Shown: in pieces, positions 39,281 through 52,231 of the stretch
Numbering within the stretch: position 1 is the first letter of the stretch
Layout: every line of letters starts with the position of its first letter
NCBI GenBank assembly: GCA_951406725.2
Contig: OX597816.1
Coordinates: forward strand, 92,070,001 to 92,134,000
Direction of reading: 5' to 3'
Length of the DNA: 64,000 nucleotides
Source of the DNA: Octopus vulgaris
Taxonomy: Eukaryota
Translations under genes and position numbers: made by a program
The notes under the pieces: generated by a model
Told to the model about the DNA's origin: nothing
The model's database searches: none
Seen by the model: only the letters and a program-made list of their open reading frames with translations

Positions 39281-41724
39281 TGCCTTTCGGTTGTAAATTG
39301 CAAATAGCTATCTTAATAATACACGCGCGCGCCCGTCTCTCTCTCTCTCTTTCTCTCTCCCCCCTCTCTCTCTATATATAATCCTGTATTCTATTCCTTT
39401 TTCTGGATCTATCAACTGTCTGGGACTGCTCTCGGTGCTCGCAGCATGAACGGCAGGCCTATAAATTAGCTGTTTCGTAATCCCCGATAGTCAGCGAGGA
39501 GCTGACTTTTAACAAATACAGTGGAAAAGTCTTTAATGAAGATGTTGAATCTGAGAATAATGAATAGAAAGTAAGGATAGACGTGATGTACATAAGAAAC
39601 TCAACTGACATCAGTCGTTAGCCGGTTTTATAATTTAGATTAATGGCTAGATCATTAGATAAATAAACAGATAGTTAGATGGATAGGCATACTGATAGAT
39701 AACTGGATATACATATATGGATGGACGAATAAATAGACAAACCTTTTAGACGTTCGATAGATAAATAGATAGATGAATACAGTCAGACGAAGTGATACTA
39801 AATTTAGTTAAAATAACGCTACACATAACTGTAGAGTGCATATTGTTACATAATTGGTATTGTTCAATAGCGAACATTTTCGGACTTGAAAAATCCATCA
39901 CAAGGCGCCGCTTCCTTTGACACCCTCTTGTTGACCTGCCAAATCAGGAAGATCGGCATTGTTACTGTTTGAGGAACAATTTATATATTTCAATATGTCT
40001 TGATTATTTCGGCTACCCAAAAGTTTAGAACATCCACATTTTCCACTAAGATCTGCTTTGGCAGTGACTGATCAAACCTCATTCTTCTGAATGCTATTTT
40101 TTCACTCAGCGTTGATGACCCCATATACATATATACAGGATGATAATCAATGAAATAGCTTATTACCCAAGGGTGGCTTACATACACACGTCTTCTTCAC
40201 AATTTAGCAATGTGTTTATATGCCACACTGGACCTTAATGAATGTCTTTAGTATTTATGTTTTGTATTTTTAACATAAATCCCATCGGGCTTAACTATAC
40301 TTGGCCTGTGGAATATTTGGCCTCATTCGCATAAATTCCATAAGCGGATAGTTCATTCGTTTGTACAGCTGAATACCCGTAATAGATAACCGACAGAGAT
40401 CAATTTACTTTTATTAATATCCACACTTCTTTTAGGGAATATTTTTGTGATCAAAGATAGTAGAGAGTCAGAAAAAGCAGAGCATCAGATTGGACTAAAA
40501 TTTCTTACTGTGTTTAATTTCATTTAAATTATTGATAGAAATCCTGTTGCGGTTAGCTTTGCTTCTTTTTTTTTTTGTATCTCGAACTTTATCAACCATC
40601 TAGTGATTCCAGGGTAGCAAAAATCTTCCAGACAGGCACCGGAGTAGATACAATTAATTCCACTCTTTCCAAGAAATGTATGGTCTTGCGCCAATGAAAC
40701 TAAAATTACATTTATGCGGTCAGATTTAGTTAATATGTTATAAGATTTATGATATATTTGGCCCAAGAATCTCGTCTTCGGTTAATGATAAATATGTTTA
40801 GTGCTACAAAGTACTTTCTTCCTATAATAGTAGGATGGGTTTTAGGGTGAACTAGTTGCTGTTTCTAACACATTGGGCAGCCACGTAGAAATTCTGTCAT
40901 TGGCTTGTGATTAAAGTTTTCATCCATTAGTTGTAGCTAATGCACACGCGGTAAGTTCCCGGAGGGCTACTCGGCAACATGTTTTACGATATCTGATCGA
41001 ATATATTATATTTCATTTACGCTACTAACGCTCTGAGCAGATACCATGAGTGTTGCAGCTCTCCCTCTCCATTCTTTGTATACCTAATGAAAAAAAAAAA
41101 GAAAACCACAAACAAAAACAAAAGCAGTTTTTTTTTCTGGTGGTATCTCAGTGTTCTGTTACTAAGTGAAGTTTTGTTTTCTCTTCTATTATGCCACCCG
41201 ACTACAAACAACCGATGAAATTTTAATACGTACCAAGATACAATTCACCGAATTTATCTGATAAAACCGAGGTGTGTAATTATAGCAAATTTATAGTGAA
41301 TTTTCAGTTGCTTTGCTACATAACTCTGCGTTGCAATATGGTCTTACACATCCAATAAAATGTTGTTCAATAAAATCAAAGATAAACTATGAAATCGGTT
41401 CCTTTTGCTGAAACCATTCGCCAAAATGACGAAAACTAGTCAAAAGTCGGTTAATGATTCCAAATATACAAACTGATCTCGTCAGGCGTAAAGTGAAAAA
41501 TGTAGCAGCTCTCTTAGATTTCCTTTCCTCGGTTCTTTCTTTCTTTCTTTCTTTCTTTTGGACGACTCTTAGAAAGTAAAACAAATGTGTGAAAAAAAAA
41601 TGGAAGAAAATTTGTAAATAATTATGTAATTGGGCAATCCAATCCGTCAGTTACCTGGTTTCTATTTTTATATTGTAAGTTCGTAAAATAAGCATCTTAT
41701 ATGTTAGAACTACATAAAGCTTAC

Positions 41725-41894
41725 CTGGTACAGCTGTATTTGATCCAGCAAACACTAGTAGGTCGAGCAGAGTAGAGAGATGAGTTGGAATGCGGGGTGA
41801 TGGTGGTTTTAAGCATGGCTGGAACTAAAGAAAACAAGTTTGTTTTTCGTTTCCTTAGAAATTTCTTCTTTCCACTTGAATATGTGATTTGCAT
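41725..41894 (-). CDS. Candidate first coding exon (MQITYSSGKKKFLRKRKTNLFSLVPAMLKTTITPHSNSSLYSARPTSVCWIKYSCT+AG, phase 2), product unknown
   Basis: 56 open codons ending at the consensus donor CAG|GTAAGC. Upstream acceptor tgtctgtttcag| at about 41935, and a second in-frame ATG (GCCATG) at 41816. Confidence 0.4.
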
Positions 41895-42430
41895 AACGTT
41901 TATTTTAGTTTTTTTTCCTTCCAGTTTCTGAAAATCTGAAACAGACAGTTTAGTACAAAAGGAAAAAGAAAACAGAAAAGAAAAAGAAAGATTGTAGGTA
42001 TTTTAGAAGCAAAAAGGCAGCCGTTTTTGCTGGGAAGTTTTATTTCCTTTGATTACCACTCCAGTAGTCTGACTATAACATCTGAGCAGAGAAAACGAAA
42101 ATGTTTTGTAAGATAGTGTGGGTGGATGAGTACACTAAGATCTCCTGTTTACACTAAATACGAATTACTGAAGGTGAAACAAAGTACTAAAACGTTTTAA
42201 CACCATCCGGTTATAAATAACACGAATCTGTATTAGGTTGAAGACTTCAGGTAAAAGTGAAGCAAAGAAGGACGGAGAGAAAAATAGAGGTGTTAGAGTT
42301 AGGTGGAGAAAAAAAGAAAAAAGTTACACATATTCACCGTGTTTGTTTTTATTTCTAATAATGACTTATACTAGAGAAAGTTTTACCATTCTATGAACCT
42401 ACTTCAACCATATATATTCAAATAATCCCC

Positions 42431-42718
42431 ACCTCTCTTTCTCCCTCTCTTTCTCTCTCCCTCTCCCTCTCTCTTCTCCCCCTCTCTTTCACTCTCCCTA
42501 TCTCTCTCTCTTCTCCCCTCTCTTTCTCTCTCCCTCTCTCTCTCTTCTCCCCCTCTCTTTCTCCCTCTCTCTCTCTTCTCCCCCTCACTTTCTCTCTCTT
42601 TCTCTTTCCATCTCCCTCTTTCTCTTTCTCTCTCTTTCTCTTTCCATCTCTCTCTTTCTCTTTCTCTCTCTTTCTCTTTTTCTCTCTCTCTCTTTCTCTC
42701 CCTCTCTCTCTCTCTCTC
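42431..42718. repeat. About 290-bp polypyrimidine/polypurine (CT-rich) tract
   Basis: Directly visible. Confidence 0.9.
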
Positions 42719-42845
42719 AAACATATACATACGCACACGCGCACAAGCTCTCTCTCACACACATACATACACACACACACGCACGGATACAAACAAACAC
42801 ACACATTCATAGACACTCGCGCTCCCTGTTTTCAATCATACTCAC

Positions 42846-42930
42846 CTGTTGAAGTTCTTACACAGTGCATATGTGTAATAAATAGCATTTTCCTACCCGC
42901 TCAACTGTGTTGCGCTCATCTCATATTGGT
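42846..42930 (-). promoter_or_regulatory. Putative promoter and short non-coding first exon
   Basis: Consensus minus-strand donor CAG|GTGAGT (exon end 42846), Inr-like ACAGTT at about 42905 and a CCAAT at about 42927. It lies 0.9 kb upstream of the 41935 acceptor. Confidence 0.35.
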
Positions 42931-43344
42931 GGATATTTCCGAATGCAAAATACTGTATGTATCAGATTAATGAGTGGGAAATATATATTTAAGATATTCA
43001 TGCATATTTATTATATACAAACTCATATACGCACTACCGCACACTTACGCACGCCCTCTCACACAGTTCTCATAAATATATATTTCCCTACCTGAGAGAC
43101 TGTATGTATAACACTCACTGAAACTCATCAAACATTTGATACAATAGTTGCAAACATACCTATTGAATAGTATGATATATTAAGAACTGACAAGAGAGAA
43201 AGGAGTCACGTCGAAGGTGTACATCTGCGCACATCTCATACCACTTGTCCTGTTGTCACATTTAAACTCGGTATGGGGAGACACAAATAGTATGTATAAG
43301 GCTCTTATTTATTTATTTATTTAGTTATTTATTTATTTATTTAT

Positions 43345-43900
43345 TTATGCGCCACTTTTCAAGCCTAGCCAGGCTCATGGGCCCGGTTTCCCGGTTTCTG
43401 TAGCGTATGTGTTCCCCCCAGCTGGACGGGACGCCAGTCCATCGCAGCGTAACTCAGGAAACAGGAAGAAAGAGTGAGAGAAAATTGGGACGAAAGAGTA
43501 CAGCATGGGTCGCCACCACCCTCTGCTTGAGCCACGTAGAGCTTTTAGGTGTTTTCGCTCAATAAACACACACAACGCCCGGTCTGGGAATCGAAACCGC
43601 AATCCACCAACTGCGAGTCCGCTGCCCTAACCACTAGATCATTGCGCCTCCACAAATGTGCCCTTCTAAAGCCTAGCCATGTTCATGGGCCCGGTTTCCC
43701 GGTTTCAATGGCGTATGTATTCCCCAGCTGGACGGGACGCCAGTCCATCGTAGCGTTACTCATTTTTGCCAGCTGAGTGGACTGGAGCAACGTGAAATGA
43801 AGTGTTTTGCTCAAGAACACAACGCATCGCCCGGTCCAGAAATCAAAACCACAATCTCACGATCATTATCCTGACACCCTAACCACTAAGCCACGCACCT
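43345..43900 (-). mobile_element. Head-to-tail pair of tRNA-derived SINEs sharing a V-like 3' module, ending in (TAAA)n
   Basis: Two tRNA heads (about 43900 and 43650). catgggcccggtttcccggtttc...ccccagctggacgggacgccagtccatcg is present twice (about 43376-43444 and 43685-43750). Confidence 0.85.
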
Positions 43901-43929
43901 CTACCCATATAAAGCTCTAAACAGTAATA

Positions 43930-46380
43930 TATATTATATATCACCCACCAAATCATATGGATAAGTTTGAAGTCTGGCGGAAATAGAAGTCCTAACTAAA
44001 CTGGACCAATATATCAGTTTACTTCTTGTGGGAGAATTTACCCTATGCAGTGTCAGATGGTCTGAAGGCTGCTTTCGTTCAGGAACGACACGGCATAAAT
44101 AAAGCAAACAATATATCTGCTCAAGTTCACCAACATGATATTTATGGAGCAAGTAGCACTCCACCCAGGGTTAACAATATTCTGAATTTCTACTTCACAA
44201 ATAATATGGAACCCATTTATAATGTGAAAGTGGCACCAACATCAGTTTTGGATGATAACTAGGAAGTTATCATCCAAACATGTAGCCTGTAAGAACCACT
44301 TAAACTTTATCCAGTCTGAATTTGCGCAAAGCAAATTGGAAATTTATAGAGAAAAGAACTTCAAGCAGATTTAGCATAAATGTCTTACTACACATGACAC
44401 TGGCTTTAAACTTAACGAATTCATGTCTGTGATACAAGTCATATGCATGAAACTTGTCCTGGAGAGAAAAACCAACTTGCACAAGAATGAAGCTCCAAAG
44501 AAGGGAAAAGTTCTAATGAGATGAATAACAAAGATTGCGTACCACGTAAATAAACAACCAAAAGCAGCGAAAATGCCATGTAAAAAGAACACCGTTAGAG
44601 ACTGAGACAGCTTTTCAATATTCTCATGAAAAAGGAAGTGCAGTTAAAAAAAGCCTGTGTTATAACAAGGTAAAAATAAGCCCTATGGCTTTGTTTTAAG
44701 AAAATGGCTCTATCCTTGCAAATCCCAATAGAATAAGTGAAATACTGAACGAGCAATCCATAGGTGTTTCCTCCTCCCATCTAGGACATATGCAAGTGAG
44801 CAAATCAAACGAGTCCTTTGTCACTACATCTGTACATAGGGAGACAGCAACGATCGATTACATCAATGCGAATGAGTCTAAATTCTGTTATTGGTCTGAT
44901 TGTCAGCATTCTTTAAAAAATGTGCTTTAGAGGCTCTACTGCAGTATCATCTAGAGCGTTTTTGCAAATAACAAACTTCCAAGCAAGTTGAAGGAAAGCA
45001 TAATACACACTATTCATAAAAGTAGCAGTAGAGGAAATGCTAAATATTATAGACCTCTCCCTCTGACCTCAAGCATCAGCAAAATCATGGAATCATGGTA
45101 TGCTTGGAAGTAGCTAATCATGTTCTTTGAAATAAATGACCTTCTAACACCCAACATGATTTTCGACCAGGAAGAAGCTACCGACATAACCTTACATTAC
45201 GACTGGATATTACAACTGTTACTCAAATACTCAAATGTGGTTGTAATATATATCAACTTTGTGAAACTCTTCGGCGAAGCCGAGCATAGAATGATGTATT
45301 GCAAACTGCATGATCTCGACATAGTCGGAAAACTGGGGGAACGGCTGCACGAGTTTTTCAATCAGAAGTCGGACAATAGTAGACAATAAGGCCATCTCCC
45401 AGAAAGTAATGATAGTGAGTAGAGTCCCTCAGGGTTCTGTCTTGGAGCACTAATATACATAGTTGCTCTAAAGATATGCACCCAGCTATCCAGACAGATC
45501 ATATCACTCTTTATGCAGATGATACTGAAGTCTCGCGGGTGATAAAGAACCCTGAAGATGCACACATCTGAAATATGGTTAAAAGATGTATATAAGTGGG
45601 TTGAACAAAATAACATGCAATCTAATGCTGAAAAATTCTAAACACTTCTCTGTCAGTACATAAAATTAAAAGCAACGCTCACAAAATACACTGGATTTCA
45701 GTCCCTGAGTCACAGATAATACGCAGTTAATTAACTTGAGTAATGATACATCTTTCCATGTTCGTATTGCAAAGTTTGTAATGAAATGTGGATTCCTGGC
45801 CGGTTAGATTCTAAGAACTTTCAGAATAATAGTGCTGGAAACATAATGATCACCTGGAGACATTCGTCCTCAGCTGTGGTAAACAAATAGTGTAAAATTA
45901 ATGGCGGAACTTGAAGCAGCCCAATACTACTGTACGAAAAAAAATTGCCTCAGTGCAGCAGATCAGCTAGTGGGAAGGGCTGCAAAAGTTAGAAATCTAT
46001 TCCCTAGATTGAATGCAAGAAGGAAGGATGTGCAGTTATATATGCCAGAAATATCCTGGAAGGACGTGTACCAAACTTTAGTGTAAGCTATACTAATTCA
46101 CGAATTGGGTTCCACTGCATAATGCCAAAGATACCATACTTACCAACAATATTTAGAACTAGATGCTGCAATGAATTAGGGTCCACAACTTTTCAATATC
46201 CTAACGAAAGACTTGGAAGACCTATATGGTGTGGATGTAGATGCATTTAAAAAGGCTGGGCTTTCTACTGTCTTGAATTCCAGATAAGCTTACTTTGCGC
46301 CAGGTATCAAACCTGAGGGCACAACTTTGAACTCCCTCATTCACCAAATGCTTTCTAAAGAAGGAAGATCGGTAAAGGTG
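43930..46380 (+). mobile_element. Decayed CR1/L2/Jockey-group LINE ORF2 (APE end plus RT)
   Basis: NILNFYFTNNMEPIYNVKV, LNLRKANWK, NAKYYRPLPLTSSISKIMES, VIYINFVKLFGEAEH..KLHDLDIVGKL, VPQGSVLGAL and LYADDT occur in canonical order, with stops and frameshifts. Confidence 0.85.
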
Positions 46381-46439
46381 TTCAAACATTTATGGTAAAG
46401 CTCCTGTTTGGTCAACGAAACAAACAAAGGCAGAGATAA

Positions 46440-46441
<2 letters not shown>

Positions 46442-46500
<59 letters not shown>

Positions 46501-46515
46501 CATATATATATATAT

Positions 46516-46548
<33 letters not shown>

Positions 46549-46597
46549 CATATTCATACATACATTTATATATATACATATATATGTATATATAATA

Positions 46598-46655
<58 letters not shown>

Positions 46656-46700
46656 GGTATGTACATATATGTATGTATATATGCATATGTTTATATATTA
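46442..46700. repeat. (CA)n-(TA)n microsatellite
   Basis: Directly visible. Confidence 0.95.
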
Positions 46701-49539
46701 TTTATATTATTATATGAACGCCATGCATCCTTTTCCAAGTGAGTTTTATCTTAAGAATTAAGATGCGCACTCTTCTATCTCTACTATCTCTTCTCTGTCT
46801 ATCTCTCTCCCTCTATAGTTCTTCATCCTTTCTGGTTTTCTCTCTCACCATTCCCTATTCCTCTCCTCTCCTTTTCACCGTTCCCTCCTTCTCACTCTTC
46901 CTTCTTGACTCCCTCGTCGCTGACACGTGACGAAAGGGAATCTATCTCTCTGCCTATTTCCTTGCTAAAGACAACACGTGCTTATACCTGTCTCCTCTCA
47001 TAAGCTCGTCTTCCTAGCGTTCATAATAAGTTTTCTATCGTCTTGACTTAACAGCCCTCACCGTTTGTTTTTACTGTCTTGTTCTCACTACCCTGTTCTT
47101 GTTACCACTTTCACACTCCGCAAAAAATTCCAAATTTTATTTAATTTGCTTTGCGGGAAGGCCTGTTTCAATGAAGTCGCGTATTGTCCTTGTCTTCAAA
47201 ACGCGGGGTAGATGAAACAGGGACAACTGATGAAGAGGAATATTCTTTATGCTGCATGTCTCATTTCTCTGTTTGTTTTTTTCATTGTTCGAAAAAAGTT
47301 AGTTTTCTATGTTTCTATGGTGATATGTTCCATCTTTATTCTCTATCTCCTTACGAATTTTGTAGACGAAAGATCTGACAACTTTTAAAAATCGAGATAT
47401 AGCTAAATCGCTATACTAAGCTTTTATAACCACAATAACAGCATGCCTCTTCATTTCTTGATTTAGCTGAGGGTCTGCCATTGTTATCTTCTGTTTCATT
47501 GTTCTATACTAGAATTTTAGAAATCCAGGAATAGAAATTCAATATTCAGAAATAAGTCAATCAATTTATTAACCAATATTTTAGTAAATAAATCACGTAT
47601 CAGAAAGTGTGTAAGATTCTTAGAGTGATGACTATGAATTTTATAATGCGAGGTGTATTTATCATCTTCGAAGGATCGGTCTAAAATACACACAAAAAGG
47701 TCCCCATCAACAATTAGTTATTTAACAGTTATATCTTCTAAATTAAAGGTTGCAAAAAAAGAGGTTAAAAATTAAGATATCGAAAACAGAATATCAAAAG
47801 TCAATACAACAATTGTACGAGTGCTACACCATAATTTTACCTCCATATCTTACTGGTTTAGAGAAGTTATGAATAAAGCTTGACTGGATTTTATGTAAAA
47901 GTAGCGTAAGGATTCTAGCAGACTATGATGAGGAAGTCATCAAACTATAGTAATATAAAACAGTTGGAGAACTGTCACGACTTTCTTATTGAATAAAGAT
48001 TATGAAGAAAAGAAACGAAAGAGCAATGAAACATAACCACAATAAACTAGTAATTTAAAGGTTGAGCAAAAGCCTGAAACAAACATTGAAACACAGTTTA
48101 AGCACGTAAATAAATAAATAAAGTTAAATTTAGGAAAATAACTATAAATCGAGAGACGAATGTGATTAATAAGGAAACATATGTTGAGATTCAAAACTTA
48201 AGGGACCGAAATTAAGTCTAGTTCTCAAAAGAGGTAATAGAATTAAGTGACTGATTACAGGGTAAAGGTTAAAATAAAAAAGAAAATATTGAAGAAAGTG
48301 AAAAAAACCTGAAAAAATTGAAGAATTAGATTCTTTGTAGTACCAAAAATACAATTAAAAAAAAGCTTCTTTTAAAAATATTTAAATAAAATTTTAAAGA
48401 TTATAAAAATTGTAAAAGTCTGGGAAAGTGAAAATTATAGAAAACGTATAAAAAAACAACTCATAACGCTCTATTAACGTGAAACTTTTAAAATTATAAA
48501 TTTGCGAAACAAGAATATAAGGGAAATGAAATGATTAAAATGATTAAGACCAAATATAAAAGATAGGAATCACAGCATTAATTGGGCTAAACAATTGAAA
48601 TTTAAAATTTTAAGTTACAGATTGATAGCGATAAAATTTAATGTCATATTGAAATGTACTAAATTTACCATAAAAACGTAAAAATTTAAAATTGTCTCCA
48701 GAAAGAATTTCCCAAAAAATATTTGAAGTAAATAAGAGTTACTTGAAGTTTAATAAAAATATTTTTTAATAATTACTAAGTTAACGGTGAATACTGAAAG
48801 GTAGGAGATGAACATAACCACCTCTACGAAGAACTTAGTAGGTTATTGGAAATCTTACAAAAAGTGATAAATATATATGCATATAATTGTGTGAGCAGCT
48901 AATAAATAATTGATTACGTTTATTTATTGGACTATTTTGATATCACCAGGTTCTCTAATACTTTCAAGAAATACAGATTGCACACACTTCCACCACTCTT
49001 GTACGAAAAAAGGGGTTTTAATTACAATCCAAGACATTTCGTAGTCTATTTTTTTCCTTTTGAAATTCCATATCAATTCGACCAGTCAGGTCGTGTTCTG
49101 CTTATGGGGGTTCTTAAATGAATGGTCATGGTTATATAATCTACATTTAAATGAACAGCCTGAGGCGCCTATATAACGTAAGATTGCACTGTGTGGAAGT
49201 AGAGCACTTATAATTATATTTTCTTAGGGTATTGTTTAATGGACATTTATTAGGAATTCCACAGTTACATATATTAGAAAGATTATTATTATTAGCATTT
49301 ATTTTCTTGAAGTCCTTCTTTTAGTGGATTCAGCATCAGCCATAGTAGGTTCACTCGAATTTTTATTTGCTTGTTGGCTAGAATAAAGGATAGCCTGTTC
49401 AACTACTAGTTCAATCATGTTCAACCAGGCTGATACTATCATATAATTTTTTATTATTCAAAGCAGTTATGCTGTCAGCTGAATTTTGAGTATGGAATTC
49501 GAGAATTAGATGGAAAGCCTATTGAAGATTTTATGGTAC

Positions 49540-49950
49540 TTATAAGTCAGATAAAAATGTCATACCCCAAGTGTCCGAAGAATACACAAGCCCATACATA
49601 CATACATACATACATACATACATACATACATACATACATACATACATACATACATGCATACATACATACAAGCTGGAAACACTGACAGACAACACGTGTA
49701 CGTTGTGCAAGACCAAGACTGAAGACACCGACCATGTTATTACCAACTGCGAGAGAATATCTTCAGGATTTTATCTTCCATGAGGCCTGATGCGGTGGCC
49801 AGAGTAGTTTGGGACAAGATAACAAAAAAGGAAAACAACTACAAACGAAGTTGACTATATTTAGACCGATAGGTCAAAAGAATATTAGTGGAAATTAAAA
49901 CACAACCGGTCAGATTTTGTTGTGTGGGGCCAGAAGAGAAAACTTATGCT
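49540..49950 (+). mobile_element. R4/Dong-like (RLE-type) non-LTR retrotransposon 3' fragment with an internal (CATA)n
   Basis: Zinc knuckle CTLCKTKTEDTDHVITNC, then ISSGFYLP.R.DAVARVVW and KHNRSDFVVW (RLE PD-motif region). Confidence 0.7.
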
Positions 49951-50876
49951 CCGTTGTACGCCTTACAAACACCATTCGCACCAATTCCATATCTCCATAA
50001 AATAAATCCATATACACAATAAATACACACATCCACATACACAACGGTCAATCAGTACGCACACAGTCACAACAAAAATACACACACATAACGATGGTAT
50101 ACATATACACGCTTCAATTCACCGTAGCACCAACATATCACAGCCCTCTAAAGATAACCTCCACAAAAAATGATGTACGCAAATATATATACACACATAT
50201 AAGCTGCAACAAACTTTCATACGTACTAGCTCCCCACTAAGTACCATCAAGATAACTTTCTTACTGCTAACTTAAATGTTGCTCTTATATGTCTGAAATA
50301 TTTCTTCTGTGTCACTTCCGATCATGTGATATGCGCAGTTTTCAAACAAACTTGACAAAGAGCAACACATATTCTTCCATCGTTTCGTTTTTCCCTTCCG
50401 TCGCTTTGTTTTCCTTCTGTCTTCTACACTTATTTAATTTTACTAAGTATTTGACAAAAGTTTATTCCCGTAACATGAAAGAAACTTCCACGTTCTTAAC
50501 GTCATGCTAATATTTACAGTATGGTTTATTTTGTTAACCGTGTAATTCTCATCGCGAACTTTCTACATGTACATTCATGTATAGACATACATTTACACAT
50601 ACACATACATAGTATATAATACCCATATCACTCCATACATATGCATACAGGAACACATAAGTATACGTATAAATTGATTCGAACATGTACCTTATACACA
50701 CATAACATAAATGCGCACGCACACATACTTGCACACATACACACACAAGTATAATGAAGAATACAAAAGAAGGAAAATGTACAGAAATTTTATGTTGGAT
50801 GTTATATATTTATTTTTATGAAACAAAATATTTAGATTGTCGATCGCTTTCACTTATGCTAATCAATACTCAGTAG

Positions 50877-51115
50877 TTAGTGATAATATTCCAGTTTCGT
50901 GCTATCATAATAAGTTTTCATTCCATGTTTGCAGGAGGAAGGATATTTTGTAAATGGATGCAGAGGCAAATATATCTTAGGGGAGGTAATCAGTGATTCA
51001 ATCACTGATTTGCAGTTGGACGTGGCCCGGGTGGAGCCAGGAGAAAGGCGAGCAATCAGGATGTCTGGTGAAGGCCTGGTGCCCGTTGTGCCGATAGCAC
51101 CGGAGGATCTAAGAG
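50877..51115 (-). CDS. Candidate terminal coding exon (..LRSSGAIGTTGTRPSPDILIARLSPG...KTYYDSTKLEYYH*), product unknown
   Basis: GC-balanced unique island starting exactly at the acceptor gttctcttttag| after a (TG)n tract, with 79 codons to TAA. No family recognised. Confidence 0.45.
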
Positions 51116-51124
51116 CTAAAAGAG

Positions 51125-51213
<89 letters not shown>

Positions 51214-51607
51214 TCTCTCTCTTTTTCACACACACACACATACGCATATATATATTTACATGTACACTTACGCATAAATATATATATAGATAAATATGTA
51301 TAAATATGCAAATATACATATCAAGAAAAATGTAAACACCTATATATACATATAATATACATGCATATTCAAACCTATACAGATACAGATATCTATCAAA
51401 TTTATTCGCGTACACATATATACACGCATACACATATATACTCACATAATTACACACATATATGCACATACACTATAATAAACAAAGATGCTAATGATTT
51501 AATTGGTATCATGTAACATTTACTGAAAGGAAATAATTATTAAAATCTACATTGTCTAGAAAATTCTAAAAAATTCCTATTTAATACATACATACATACA
51601 TACATAC

Positions 51608-51668
<61 letters not shown>

Positions 51669-51815
51669 GGAATAGAAAGATGAATAATCTTGTTGCAGAT
51701 TAATCAAAAGTTTAACCGATACCTTGGTGGCAAAAATCACAGCAGAAGACAGCACGGTTGGAGGTACAACCATATGGTGTTGCAACCATGCGTTGGTGCG
51801 GATAATTGAATTTTA

Positions 51816-52152
51816 ATATTATTAGGGAATTGAAGAAATGGAGTTGAACGAAGATTGAACAGAATGACCGCTGCCTGACCTGTTAAAATCTTCAACGCAC
51901 CCACCACCCGTTTTCAACATACATTGATAAACATTTTGGCCATGGGCTCTTAGGAGCCTCGTTCGATTTGTTTTGCTCCGTCTCTGTTCTGTTTTTTTCC
52001 AACGGATATCCTATTTCTTCCTGAAGAGAAAGACACAATATGGTCTCCTTATTCAATCGGAATTTGGTAAATTGTGGCTTTCGAAACACGTGTAGAATGC
52101 AATAAAACGATTTCTGTTCAATCTTCGTTCAACTCCATTTCTTCAATTCACT

Positions 52153-52160
<8 letters not shown>
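51816..52160 (+). mobile_element. 345-bp non-coding PLE pLTR-type unit with 49-bp inverted ends, abutting (TA)n
   Basis: 51816-51864 is the reverse complement of 52112-52160 with one mismatch. The unit contains a hammerhead fold and AATAAA (52101). Confidence 0.75.
52018..52097 (+). ncRNA. Type I hammerhead ribozyme (PLE type)
   Basis: Helix I ttc/gaa; CTGAAGA 52021-52027; helix II gaaagacacaa/ttgtggctttc (10 of 11 pairs); GAAA 52083-52086; helix III C-G closing the palindromic loop ACGT; GUA cleavage triplet ending at 52094. Confidence 0.75.

Positions 52161-52231
<71 letters not shown>

Noticed and set aside
47178-47245. GTA, then a 10-bp hairpin (ttgtccttgt/acagggacaa), then CTGATGA: a type III hammerhead-like start
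   Set aside because: No correctly placed GAAA or helix III partner follows helix II, so the core is incomplete.
47840-48900. Very A-rich, strand-skewed kilobase resembling a decayed LINE ORF
   Set aside because: No recognisable protein motif could be read.
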